Numbered from the stretch's first letter, positions 17,433 to 26,191 are shown. The stretch: 32,000 nucleotides of DNA from Delftia acidovorans NBRC 14950 (GCF_001598795.1 NZ_BCZP01000011.1:60001-92000), one strand, 5' to 3'. A program made the numbers and translations. Notes: generated by a model not told the origin, from the letters alone.

Positions 17433-20400
17433 ATGGAACTGCCCAAGCTCACTCCCGGAAAACGCTTCACCCTGCCCCGCCCCGTGGGCAGCGCCGACGC
17501 CCTGCTGCTGGCCCGCCTGGGCGAGCGCGAGAAGGCTGCTGGCCGGGTGACGGCCATCGTCACGGCCGACGCCTCGGATGCCCAGCGGCTGATCGACGAG
17601 ATGGCCTTCTTCGCCCCGGGCCTGCGCTGCGCGCTGTTCCCCGACTGGGAGACCCTGCCCTACGACAGCTTCTCCCCCCACCAGGACCTGATCAGCGAGC
17701 GCCTGGCCACGCTGTGGCGCATCAACCAGCGCGACAAGGAGCATGGTGCCGACGTGGTGCTGGTGCCCGCCACCACGGCGCTGTACCGGCTGGCGCCGCC
17801 CTCCTTCCTGGCCGGCTACACCTTCGAGTTCAAGAGCGGCCAGAAGCTGGACGAGGCCAAGCTCAAGGCCCAGCTGACCCTGGCCGGCTACCAGCATGTC
17901 TCCCAGGTGGTCAGCCACGGCGAGTACGCGGTGCGGGGCGGCCTGATCGACCTGTTTCCCATGGGCTCGCTGCAGCCCTACCGCGTGGATCTGTTCGACG
18001 ACGAGATCGACTCCATCCGCACCTTCGATCCCGACACCCAGCGCAGCCTCTACCCCGTGCCCGAGGTGCGCCTGCTGCCCGGCCGCGAGTTCCCCATGGA
18101 CGAGGACGCACGCGCCAAGTTCCGCCAGCGCTGGCGCGAGCTGCTGGAGGGCGATCCCACGCGCAGCCGCATCTACAAGGACATGGGCCAAGGCATTGCC
18201 ACGGCCGGCATCGAGTACTACCTGCCGCTGTTCTTCGACGAAACGGCCACCGTGTTCGACTACCTGGGCGCCGATGCCACCGTGGTGATGCATGGCGACC
18301 TGGAGCCGGCCTTCCAGCGCTTTTGGCAGGACACCAAGGAGCGCTTCCGCCTGGTGCAAGGCGACCCCGAGCGCCCGGCCCTGCCGCCCGAGGTGCTGTT
18401 CCTGTCCGCCGACCAGTTCTACACGCGCGCCAAGGAGCACGCCCAGCTCGCGCTGCGCCCAGGCACCGAGGACGTGGCAGACAGCGCCATCTTCCAGAAG
18501 CTGGAGGACCTGTCCGTGGTGCGCGGCGCGGAAGACCCGCTGGCGCGCCTGCAAAGGCACATTGCCAGCAGCGCCCACCGCATCCTGCTGCTGGCCGAGT
18601 CCGATGGCCGGCGCGAAAGCCTGCTGGACTTCTTCCGCGCCTCGGGCGTGAACCCGCCGGTCTTCGACTCGCTGGCCGAGTTCCAGGGCGATGCGGGCGA
18701 GAAGGTGGGCATTGCCACGGCCGGGCTGATGAACGGCTTTGCCTGGGTGGAGGAAGGCCTGGACTTCGTCACCGAGACGGAGCTGTTCGCCACCAGCCCC
18801 ACGGGCCGCAGGCGCCGCCGCCAGGAGCAGGTCAGCGATGTGGAGGCGCTGATCAAGGACCTGTCCGAACTCAAGGTGGGCGACCCCGTGGTGCATTCGG
18901 ACCACGGCATCGGCCGCTACCAGGGCCTGGTCAACATGGACATGGGCCAGAAGAACCCTGACGGCACGCCGGCCGTGCAGGAGTTCCTGCACCTGGAGTA
19001 CGCGGGCAACGCCGTGCTCTACGTGCCCGTCAGCCAGTTGCAGCTGATCAGCCGCTACACGGGCGTCTCGCCCGAGGACGCGCCGCTGCACAAGCTCGGC
19101 GGCACGCAGTGGGAAAAGGCCAAGCGCAAGGCGGCCGAGCAGGTGCGCGACTCGGCAGCCGAGCTGCTGAACATCTATGCGCGCCGCGCCGCGCGCCAGG
19201 GCCATGCCTTCCGCTACTCGCCCCAGGACTACGAGCAGTTCGCCAACGACTTCGGCTTCGAGGAAACGGCGGACCAGCGCGCCGCCATCCACGCCGTGAT
19301 CCAGGACATGATCAGCCCCCAGCCCATGGACCGCCTGGTCTGCGGCGACGTGGGCTTCGGCAAGACCGAGGTGGCGCTGCGCGCGGCCTTCGTGGCCATC
19401 ACGGGCGGCAAGCAGGTGGCCTTTCTCGCGCCCACCACGCTGCTGGCCGAGCAGCATTACCAGACCCTGGTGGACCGCTTCTCCAAGTGGCCGATCAAGG
19501 TGGCCGAAGTCTCGCGCTTTCGCTCGGGCAAGGAGATCACGGCGGCCGTCAAGGGCATTGCCGACGGCTCGGTGGACATCGTCGTGGGCACGCACAAGCT
19601 GCTGTCGGAGTCCACGCAGTTCAAGAACCTGGGCCTGCTGATCATCGACGAGGAGCACCGCTTCGGCGTGCGCCATAAGGAAGCCATGAAGGCCATGCGC
19701 GCCGAGGTGGACGTGCTCACGCTGACGGCCACGCCCATCCCGCGCACCATGGGCATGGCGCTGGAAGGCCTGCGCGACCTGTCCGTCATCGCCACCGCGC
19801 CCCAGCGGCGCCTGGCCATCAAGACCTTTGTGCGCAACGAGGGCACGGGCGTGATCCGCGAGGCCGTGCTGCGCGAGCTCAAGCGCGGCGGCCAGTGCTA
19901 CTTCCTGCACAACGAGGTCGAGACCATCGAGAACCGCAAGCAAAAGCTCGAGGAAATCCTGCCCGAGGCACGCATTGCCGTGGCCCACGGCCAGATGCCC
20001 GAGCGCGAGCTCGAACGCGTGATGCGCGACTTCGTGGCCCAGCGCTACAACATATTGCTGTGCTCGACCATCATCGAGACCGGCATCGACGTGCCCAGCT
20101 CCAACACCATCCTCATCAGCCGCGCCGACAAGTTCGGCCTGGCCCAGCTGCACCAGCTGCGCGGCCGCGTGGGCCGCAGCCACCACCAGGCCTATGCCTA
20201 CCTGATGGTGCCCGACCTGGACAGCCTGACCAAGCAGGCCCAGCAGCGGCTGGAGGCCATCCAGCAGATGGAGGAACTGGGCTCGGGCTTCTACCTGGCC
20301 ATGCACGACCTGGAGATCCGCGGCGCCGGCGAGGTGCTGGGCGAGAACCAGAGCGGCAACATGATGGAGGTGGGCTTCCAGCTCTACAACGAGATGCTGT

Positions 20401-20927
20401 CCGAGGCCGTGCGCAGCCTCAAGGCCGGCAAGGAGCCCGACCTGCTCAGCCCGCTGTCGGCCTCCACCGACATCAACCTGCACGCGCCGGCCCTGCTGCC
20501 CAACGACTACTGTGGCGACGTGCACCTGCGCCTGTCCTTCTACAAGAAACTGGCCACGGCCCGCACCAGCGACCAGATCGACACCCTGCTCGAAGAAATC
20601 GTGGACCGCTTCGGCAAGCTGCCGCCCCAGGCGCAGACGCTGATCGACGTGCACCGCCTGCGCGTGCTGTCCCAGCCCTACGGCGTGGTCAAGGTGGATG
20701 CGGCGCCCGGCGTCATCAACATCACCTTCAAGCCCCAACCACCCGTGGACCCGATGGCCATCATCCACCTCATCCAGAAGAACAAGCACATCAAGCTGGC
20801 CGGCAACGAGAAGCTGCGCATCGAGCGTGCCCTGGACAACCCCAAGGACCGCGCCCAGATGGTGCGCGACGTGCTGCGCAGCCTGGGCCAGCCGCTGGTG
20901 GAAGCGAAGGCGGCCCAGCCCGCATAG
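17433..20927 (+). CDS. mfd: Transcription-repair coupling factor
   Basis: 1164 aa from MELPKLTPGKRF.... CarD/RID-like GDPVVHSDHGIGRYQGL, SF2 helicase motifs GDVGFGKTEVA, DEEHRFG, TATPIPRT, QLHQLRGRVGR, and a TRCF C-terminal domain. The track ORF starting at 16980 is an upstream extension across the ispD antisense strand. Confidence 0.95.
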   Translation: MELPKLTPGKRFTLPRPVGSADALLLARLGEREKAAGRVTAIVTADASDAQRLIDEMAFFAPGLRCALFPDWETLPYDSFSPHQDLISERLATLWRINQRDKEHGADVVLVPATTALYRLAPPSFLAGYTFEFKSGQKLDEAKLKAQLTLAGYQHVSQVVSHGEYAVRGGLIDLFPMGSLQPYRVDLFDDEIDSIRTFDPDTQRSLYPVPEVRLLPGREFPMDEDARAKFRQRWRELLEGDPTRSRIYKDMGQGIATAGIEYYLPLFFDETATVFDYLGADATVVMHGDLEPAFQRFWQDTKERFRLVQGDPERPALPPEVLFLSADQFYTRAKEHAQLALRPGTEDVADSAIFQKLEDLSVVRGAEDPLARLQRHIASSAHRILLLAESDGRRESLLDFFRASGVNPPVFDSLAEFQGDAGEKVGIATAGLMNGFAWVEEGLDFVTETELFATSPTGRRRRRQEQVSDVEALIKDLSELKVGDPVVHSDHGIGRYQGLVNMDMGQKNPDGTPAVQEFLHLEYAGNAVLYVPVSQLQLISRYTGVSPEDAPLHKLGGTQWEKAKRKAAEQVRDSAAELLNIYARRAARQGHAFRYSPQDYEQFANDFGFEETADQRAAIHAVIQDMISPQPMDRLVCGDVGFGKTEVALRAAFVAITGGKQVAFLAPTTLLAEQHYQTLVDRFSKWPIKVAEVSRFRSGKEITAAVKGIADGSVDIVVGTHKLLSESTQFKNLGLLIIDEEHRFGVRHKEAMKAMRAEVDVLTLTATPIPRTMGMALEGLRDLSVIATAPQRRLAIKTFVRNEGTGVIREAVLRELKRGGQCYFLHNEVETIENRKQKLEEILPEARIAVAHGQMPERELERVMRDFVAQRYNILLCSTIIETGIDVPSSNTILISRADKFGLAQLHQLRGRVGRSHHQAYAYLMVPDLDSLTKQAQQRLEAIQQMEELGSGFYLAMHDLEIRGAGEVLGENQSGNMMEVGFQLYNEMLSEAVRSLKAGKEPDLLSPLSASTDINLHAPALLPNDYCGDVHLRLSFYKKLATARTSDQIDTLLEEIVDRFGKLPPQAQTLIDVHRLRVLSQPYGVVKVDAAPGVINITFKPQPPVDPMAIIHLIQKNKHIKLAGNEKLRIERALDNPKDRAQMVRDVLRSLGQPLVEAKAAQPA

Positions 20928-20944
20928 AACGCGTCGTTCCAGCC

Positions 20945-21610
20945 ATGTTCCTCGAAGCGAGCATTGCCCTGCTGGCCCTGGCCACCGCGCTGTGGCTGCG
21001 CCCCTGGCGCATGCTGGCCGGCCGCACCGGTCCGGGCGGCCCGCAGGACCGCATGGCCTCGCCCCTGATCACGCCACTGCTGGGCGTGCTCGTGCTGCTG
21101 CCCTGGATCTGGGCCCTGCCCACGCTGCACCGCATGCCGCTGCAATTGCAGTGGTCATCTGCGCCGCTGGTGGTGCTCATGCTGGGCTGGCCCCTGTCCG
21201 TGCCGCTGCTGCTCATCGTGGGCGGGCTGGCCGCCCTGCTGTCGCCGGCCCTGGGCTGGGGCGATGCGCTGGGCATCGCGGTCTGGCAGGGCATCGTGCC
21301 TGCCACGCTGGCCATGCTCTGGGGCGCGGCGCTGCGGCGCTGGCTGCCGCACCAGATCTTTGTCTACATCCTCGCGCGCGGCTTTGCGGGCACGGTGCTG
21401 TGCGTTTTCATCTCGGCCCTGCTGGCCCAGGCGGCGGGCCACGCCCTGCCCGGCGTCAACGAGGATCTGTCACGCATCGCGCGCTGGCTCATGGCCTGGG
21501 GCGATGCCGTGGTCACCGGCATGGTCACCGCCATCTTCGTGGTGTTTCGCCCCCAATGGCTGGCCACCTGGTCGGACGCCATCTACCTGCGCCAGCCGCC
21601 CGCAGCCTGA
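20945..21610 (+). CDS. Hypothetical polytopic inner-membrane protein (about 6 TM)
   Basis: 221 aa from MFLEASIALLALATALWL.... Hydrophobic helices throughout, high GC3 in this frame, 17 nt after the mfd stop. I do not recognise a family. Confidence 0.6.
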   Translation: MFLEASIALLALATALWLRPWRMLAGRTGPGGPQDRMASPLITPLLGVLVLLPWIWALPTLHRMPLQLQWSSAPLVVLMLGWPLSVPLLLIVGGLAALLSPALGWGDALGIAVWQGIVPATLAMLWGAALRRWLPHQIFVYILARGFAGTVLCVFISALLAQAAGHALPGVNEDLSRIARWLMAWGDAVVTGMVTAIFVVFRPQWLATWSDAIYLRQPPAA

Positions 21611-21689
21611 CGGCAGGCCCGCCACTGGATATGATTTGCGCCTGTTTCCCGCCAGCCCGGCGGCCCGTCCCCTTTTTGCTGCCCCACCC

Positions 21690-22403
21690 ATGACCGATGT
21701 CACCGAATTCGCGCCCGGACTGCTGATCCGCGGCATCCAGCCGCCACTGAAGCTGGCCGACTACAAGCTCATCGCGTTCGACATGGACTCGACGCTGATC
21801 ACCATCGAGTGCATCGACGAAATCGCCGACGCCACCGGCAAGAAGGCCGAGGTCTCGGCCATCACCGAAGCCACCATGCGCGGCGAGATCACCGACTTCA
21901 AGGACAGCCTGCGCCAGCGCGTGGGCAAGCTCGTCGGCGTGACCGAGGCCGACATGGCCCGCGTGCTGGCCGAGCGCCTGAAGCTCTCCCCGGGCGCCGA
22001 AACCCTGGTGCGCGCAGCCCAGGCTGCGGGCCTGAAGGTGCTGCTGGTCTCGGGCGGCTTCACCTACTTTGCCGAACATGTGCGCGGCATGCTGGGCATC
22101 GACTTCGTGCGTGCCAACGTGCTGGAGATGCGTGACGGCGCGCTGACCGGCGGCCTGATCGAGCAGCCCTGGGGCGACATCTGCGACGGCGCCGAAAAGC
22201 GCCGCACCCTGCTGGAAGTCGCCTCGCTGCTGGGCATTCGCCCCGACCAGTGCATCGCCGTGGGCGACGGCAGCAACGACATTCCCATGATGCAGGTCGC
22301 AGGACTGTCCGTGGCCTACCACGCCAAGCCGCGCGTACGCAACGAAGCCAAGGTCTCCATCACCGAAGGCGGCCTGGACCGCCTGCTGGAAGTCCTGCGC
22401 TGA
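21690..22403 (+). CDS. serB: Phosphoserine phosphatase (short HAD type)
   Basis: 237 aa. HAD motif I IAFDMDSTLI, motif II VSGGF, motif III/IV AVGDGSNDIPM. Collinear with the SerB catalytic domain. Confidence 0.85.
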   Translation: MTDVTEFAPGLLIRGIQPPLKLADYKLIAFDMDSTLITIECIDEIADATGKKAEVSAITEATMRGEITDFKDSLRQRVGKLVGVTEADMARVLAERLKLSPGAETLVRAAQAAGLKVLLVSGGFTYFAEHVRGMLGIDFVRANVLEMRDGALTGGLIEQPWGDICDGAEKRRTLLEVASLLGIRPDQCIAVGDGSNDIPMMQVAGLSVAYHAKPRVRNEAKVSITEGGLDRLLEVLR

Positions 22404-22469
22404 AAACGGGCGGCAGTGCGCGCGCAGGCCGCTGCGCCGCTCCGCAATCAATAGCTGAGAATGTTCTGT

Positions 22470-22502
22470 GGGCTTGCTTTTCCGGCAAGCCCCAGTCTTT
22501 TC
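22470..22502 (+). terminator. Probable serB terminator
   Basis: GGGCTTGC-ttttccg-GCAAGCCC followed by cagTCTTTTC. Perfect 8-bp stem, but the T-tract is displaced by 3 nt. Confidence 0.55.
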
Positions 22503-22709
22503 TACAATGCTTCACGCAGCCCCATAGGCCACCGCCCCAGCGCCGGGTGGCCCACCTACAACAGCAGGCTGCACGCCGGCGCATCCGCGCGCCGGTGCTT
22601 GGAATCTCCTCCCCCATCCCCATGTGATACACAAGGCCGCAGGCCTGCCCGCATACGGGCAGCCTGTGGCGCGCCGACCGGCGCGGGCCCGCCTGCGCCG
22701 ACCGTGTAC

Positions 22710-23288
22710 ATGACCACCATGATTGGAAAAAACTCCGTGAAGACTTCGTTCCGCGCCACTGCCTCCGTGATCGCCCTGGCCATTGCATCGCTGACCGTGC
22801 CCACGCTGGCCCAGGCCAAGCGCATGGGCAGCGGCGGCAAGTCCGTGCGCCCGGCGTCGATCGGCAAGGCCCCCGCTCAGCCCGCAGCGCCTGCGGCACC
22901 CACCGCCAGCAAGGCGGCGACTCCGTCCACCCCCGCCGCGCCGACCACGCCTGCAGCCCCGACCGCTGGGGCAGCCCCCGCTGCGGCACCTGCGGCTGGG
23001 GCCGCTCCCGCTGCGGCAGCCCCCGCTGCTGCTGCACCTGGCGCGGCTGCCGCTCCCGCAGCACGCGGCTCCGGCATGATGGGCACGCTGGGCGCCGCTG
23101 CCGTGGGCGCCGTTGCAGGCTCCATGGCCGGCAATGCGCTGGCTGGCGCCATGACCCCTGAAAAGGACGCGGCCGCCAAGGAAGCCGAAGCCAAGGCCAA
23201 GGCCGCTGAAACCGAGGCAGCCGAGCTGCAGCGCAAGGCCGACGAAGCCAAGGCCAAGGCCGAAGCCGCCCGCGCTGCCGCCAAGTAA
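22710..23288 (+). CDS. Secreted/membrane-associated Ala/Pro-rich low-complexity protein with Gly-zipper segment and A/E/K coiled-coil tail
   Basis: 192 aa. Signal peptide ...VIALAIASLTVPTLAQA|KR, then KRMGSGGKSVRP, an A/P-rich linker, the Gly-zipper-like GMMGTLGAAAVGAVAGSMAGNALAGAM, and EAEAKAKAAETEAAELQRKADEAKAKAEAARAAAK. GC3 is high in this frame. The ATG at 22719 is an alternative start. Confidence 0.6.
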   Translation: MTTMIGKNSVKTSFRATASVIALAIASLTVPTLAQAKRMGSGGKSVRPASIGKAPAQPAAPAAPTASKAATPSTPAAPTTPAAPTAGAAPAAAPAAGAAPAAAAPAAAAPGAAAAPAARGSGMMGTLGAAAVGAVAGSMAGNALAGAMTPEKDAAAKEAEAKAKAAETEAAELQRKADEAKAKAEAARAAAK

Positions 23289-23308
23289 ACCGCCTGCGTT
23301 TTCCCCCG

Positions 23309-23340
23309 GAAAGGCCGCGCCCGTCGCGGCCTTTTGCTTT
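23309..23340 (+). terminator. Rho-independent terminator after the Ala/Pro-rich gene
   Basis: AAGGCCGCG-cccgt-CGCGGCCTTTTGCTTT. Confidence 0.75.
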
Positions 23341-23354
23341 GTAGGGCGGCCGTT

Positions 23355-23573
23355 TCAGCGCGGCCCGGCGCGCAGCGGCTGCAGCAGGTGCGACAGGCCG
23401 TTGTGGTCCAGTTCCTGCATCAGCGCCAGCAACTGGCCCAGCTCTCCCTTGGGGAAGCCTTCGCGTGCGAACCAGTTCAGATAGTTGCCGGGCAGGTCGG
23501 CGATCAGCCGGCCTTTGTATTTGCCGTAGGGCATGTGCACCAGCACCAGCTTTTGCAGCATTTCGGAGTCCAT
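23355..23573 (-). CDS. DUF3820-family small protein
   Basis: 72 aa. MDSEMLQKLVLVHMPYGKYKGRLIADLPGNYLNWFAREGFPKGELGQLL matches my memory of the DUF3820 core (MPFGKYKG..L.DLP..YL.WF...GFP.G.LG). Confidence 0.7.
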   Translation of the reverse strand: MDSEMLQKLVLVHMPYGKYKGRLIADLPGNYLNWFAREGFPKGELGQLLALMQELDHNGLSHLLQPLRAGPR

Positions 23574-23769
23574 GGCGGCGATGGTACGCGCTGCGGCATC
23601 GCAAGAATCTGCATAAAAAGCCACAGCCTTATAACCAAATAGCAAAATTGTTCATTGCGGCCGCTGGCTCCGCACTAGACTATGCGCCTGCCTGCCGTAC
23701 CGCCCGATACAGAACCACTCCACCGGGCCTGCGGCGTTTTTGCAACCCGTTGAAGAAAGTCCTCCGGTC

Positions 23770-24555
23770 ATGTTGAAGAAAGCCCTCTCCGCAATCGCGA
23801 TTGCCACGCTGGCCCTGACGGCCCAGGCCGCCGACGTGCTCAAGGTCGGCGCCACCGCCGTGCCCCATGCAGAAATCCTCAACCATGTGAAGCCGGCCCT
23901 CAAGGCCCAGGGCATCGACCTGCAGATCAAGGAATTCAGCGACTACGTGCAGCCCAATGCGGCCGTCGAGGACAAGCAGCTGGACGTGAACTTCTTCCAG
24001 CACCAGCCCTACCTGGACAGCTACAACAAGGACCGCAAGACCTCGCTGGTGGCCGTGCCCAATGGCAAGGTCCACGTGGAGCCCTTCGGCGGTTACTCGC
24101 AGAAGATCAAGAACGTGAAGGATCTGAAGGACGGCGCCACCATCGCCATCCCCAACGACCCCTCCAACGGCGGCCGCGCCCTGATCCTGCTGGCCAAGCA
24201 GGGCCTGATCGAGCTCAAGGACCCCAAGAGCCTGACCCCCACGCCGCTGGACGTGGCCAAGAACCCCAAGAAGCTCAAGTTCAAGGAACTCGAAGCCCCG
24301 CTGCTGCCACGCGCGCTGGCTGACGTGGACCTGGCCCTGATCAACACCAACTACGCCATCGAGGCCAAGCTCAATCCCACCAAGGATGCGCTGTTCATCG
24401 AAGGCTCCGATTCGCCCTACACCAACATCGTGGTCTCGCGCCAGGACCGTGCCAACGATCCCAACATCGCCAAGCTGATGAACGCGCTGCACACGCCCGA
24501 CGTGAAGAAGTTCATCCTCGAGAAGTACAAGGGCGCTGTCGTTCCTGCGTTCTGA
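23770..24555 (+). CDS. metQ: MetQ/NlpA-family methionine-binding periplasmic protein (no adjacent metN/metI)
   Basis: 261 aa. Signal peptide MLKKALSAIAIATLALTAQA|AD without a lipobox Cys. ...LKVGATAVPHAEIL...FSDYVQPNAAV...DVNFFQHQPYL... is typical of the MetQ family. Confidence 0.8.
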   Translation: MLKKALSAIAIATLALTAQAADVLKVGATAVPHAEILNHVKPALKAQGIDLQIKEFSDYVQPNAAVEDKQLDVNFFQHQPYLDSYNKDRKTSLVAVPNGKVHVEPFGGYSQKIKNVKDLKDGATIAIPNDPSNGGRALILLAKQGLIELKDPKSLTPTPLDVAKNPKKLKFKELEAPLLPRALADVDLALINTNYAIEAKLNPTKDALFIEGSDSPYTNIVVSRQDRANDPNIAKLMNALHTPDVKKFILEKYKGAVVPAF

Positions 24556-24596
24556 GGCGCAGGGAATGCAGCCGCTCGGCTGCATCCTGTCCCCGC

Positions 24597-24627
24597 AAAA
24601 AAAGCGCTGCCTCGGCAGCGCTTTTTT
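24597..24627. terminator. Bidirectional terminator between convergent metQ and the rhtA-like gene
   Basis: AAAAAAAGCGCTGCC-tc-GGCAGCGCTTTTTT. It is preceded by a second hairpin, ATGCAGCC-gctc-GGCTGCAT (24566-24585). Confidence 0.85.
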
Positions 24628-24652
24628 CATTCCCCTTCCCTGGTATCGCCAC

Positions 24653-25555
24653 TCAACCCGCAGGCGTCACCTCGGCCGGCGCCTTGGCCGCCGCAGCGGG
24701 CCGCGTGATGGCGCTGCCCATGGCCGCGCCCATGATGCAGGCGATGGCCAGCCACTGGGTCCCCACCAGGTGCTCATGCAGCAGCAGCATGCCCATGAGG
24801 GCGGCAATCGCAGGCTCCGTGGCCAGGGCGATGCCGAAGGTGGCCGGTGGCAGGCGGCGCAGGGCCATCATCTCCAGCGTATAGGGCAAGGCGCTGGAGA
24901 TGGCCGCCACCACCAGACCGAAGGCCAGGATGGACGGCTGCAGCAGCTTGGCCCCCGCTTCGGCCACGCCGAAAGGCACCACCACCATGGCGGCGAACAC
25001 CAGGCCCAGCGACACGGCCTGGCCGCTGGGAATGCTGCCCAGGCGCTGCCCCAGCAGGATGTACAGCGCCCAGCAGATGGCAGCGCCCACGGCGCAGGCA
25101 ATGCCCACGGGCTCCAGCACCAATCCGCCCGCGCCGGCGCCCCCTATCGGCAAAATCAGGGCCAGCCCCGCCACGGCCAGCGCCAGCCAGACAAAGTCCA
25201 CCGGCCGGCGCGAGTGGTAGATGGCCACGGCCAGCGGACCGGAGAATTCGATGGCCACGGCCAATCCAAAGGGAATGGTGCGCAGCGCCATGTAGAACAG
25301 CAGGTTCATGGCGCCCAGCGCCACGCCGAAACGCAGCAGCGCCCACGCCTGGGGGCGGGCCAGCGTCCAGCGCCAGGGCCGCCAGATGGCCACCAGGATC
25401 AGCGCGGCAAAGCCCACGCGCAATGCCGAAGTGCCCTGGGCGCCCAGCACCGGAAAAAGCTGCTTGGCAAGAGAAGTGCCCACGCCCAGTGCCGTGACCG
25501 AGCCCAGCACGGCCAGCAGGGGCCAGGCGCGGTTCCATGTGGTGTTTGTTGTCAT
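24653..25555 (-). CDS. rhtA: EamA/DMT-family exporter, RhtA-like (threonine/homoserine exporter)
   Basis: 300 aa from MTTNTTWNRAW.... Blocks LAKQLFPVLGAQGTSALRVGFAALIL, GAMNLLFYMALRTIPFGLAVAIEFSGPLAVAIYHSRRPVDFVW and ALPYTLEMMALRRLP are collinear with E. coli RhtA as remembered. Confidence 0.75.
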   Translation of the reverse strand: MTTNTTWNRAWPLLAVLGSVTALGVGTSLAKQLFPVLGAQGTSALRVGFAALILVAIWRPWRWTLARPQAWALLRFGVALGAMNLLFYMALRTIPFGLAVAIEFSGPLAVAIYHSRRPVDFVWLALAVAGLALILPIGGAGAGGLVLEPVGIACAVGAAICWALYILLGQRLGSIPSGQAVSLGLVFAAMVVVPFGVAEAGAKLLQPSILAFGLVVAAISSALPYTLEMMALRRLPPATFGIALATEPAIAALMGMLLLHEHLVGTQWLAIACIMGAAMGSAITRPAAAAKAPAEVTPAG

Positions 25556-25663
25556 GGCACGTACGATATTGCAGGCCAGCGATGCAAAAGGCTCGTTTTG
25601 GGGCCTCTTCGCGCAACATTCGCTCTTTCCGACCGCCTCGCACCCGTTTTCTGCCCCTGCCCC

Positions 25664-26161
25664 ATGCCCGCCATCGCACTCGATACTTTTGACCGCGCCA
25701 TCCTCGACGTGCTCCAGCGCGACAACCTCACGCCGCAGCGCCTCATTGCCGAGCAGGTCCACCTTTCGGCACCGGCCGTGCAGCGGCGCATACGGCGCCT
25801 GCAGGAGCTGGGCGTGATCACGGCCAACGTGGCCGTGGTCGATCCCGTGCGCACGGGGCGCCCGCTCACCGTGCTCATCAACGTGCAGCTGGCCAACGAG
25901 CGCCCGGACCTGTCCCTGGCCTTTCGCGCGCGCGTGGCGCGCGAGCCCGCCGTGCAGCAGTGTTACTACGTGACCGGGGAAGCCGACTATTCATTGATCG
26001 TCACGGCTGCCGATATGCAGGAGTACCAGGCGCTGGCGGCGCGGCTGTTCTCCGGAGACGACAACATCCGGCGCTACACCACCTCGATCGCTCTGGAACG
26101 CATCAAGACCGGGCTGCAGTTGCCGATGGCAGAACACAAGCCCGACAATGAAACAAGTTGA
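25664..26161 (+). CDS. Lrp/AsnC-family transcriptional regulator
   Basis: 165 aa. LDTFDRAILDVLQRDNLTPQRLIAEQVHLSAPAVQRRIRRLQELGVI (HTH) followed by a RAM/ACT-like ligand domain (...VQQCYYVTGEADYSLIV...). Divergent from the rhtA-like gene. Confidence 0.85.
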   Translation: MPAIALDTFDRAILDVLQRDNLTPQRLIAEQVHLSAPAVQRRIRRLQELGVITANVAVVDPVRTGRPLTVLINVQLANERPDLSLAFRARVAREPAVQQCYYVTGEADYSLIVTAADMQEYQALAARLFSGDDNIRRYTTSIALERIKTGLQLPMAEHKPDNETS

Positions 26162-26191
26162 CACAACCTAGACATACACCAGGAGACTGCT

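Noticed and set aside
17334-20789. 1151-aa ORF antisense to mfd. Similar giant antisense ORFs occur at 11-1471(+), 3101-4471(+), 8430-10664(+), 14229-15695(-), 22360-23604(-) and 28496-29572(-).
   Set aside because: Each lies exactly opposite a gene with clear family signatures. Their translations are Gly/Ala/Arg/His/Val-rich low-information strings with no motifs. In about 66% GC DNA with strong GC3 bias, the complementary frames are depleted of stop codons, so these are shadow ORFs and not overlapping genes.
22870-23060. Repetitive GC-rich DNA (GCAGCCCCCGCTGCGGCA-like units) as a tandem repeat or CRISPR-like array.
   Set aside because: The units are imperfect and of variable length, with no spacer-repeat architecture. 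They lie inside an ORF, where they simply encode the Ala/Pro low-complexity linker.
23574-23769. SAM-type riboswitch upstream of metQ.
   Set aside because: I could not find conserved cores of SAM-I, SAM-II or SAH aptamers by eye. Only the terminator-like hairpin is reported, at low interest.
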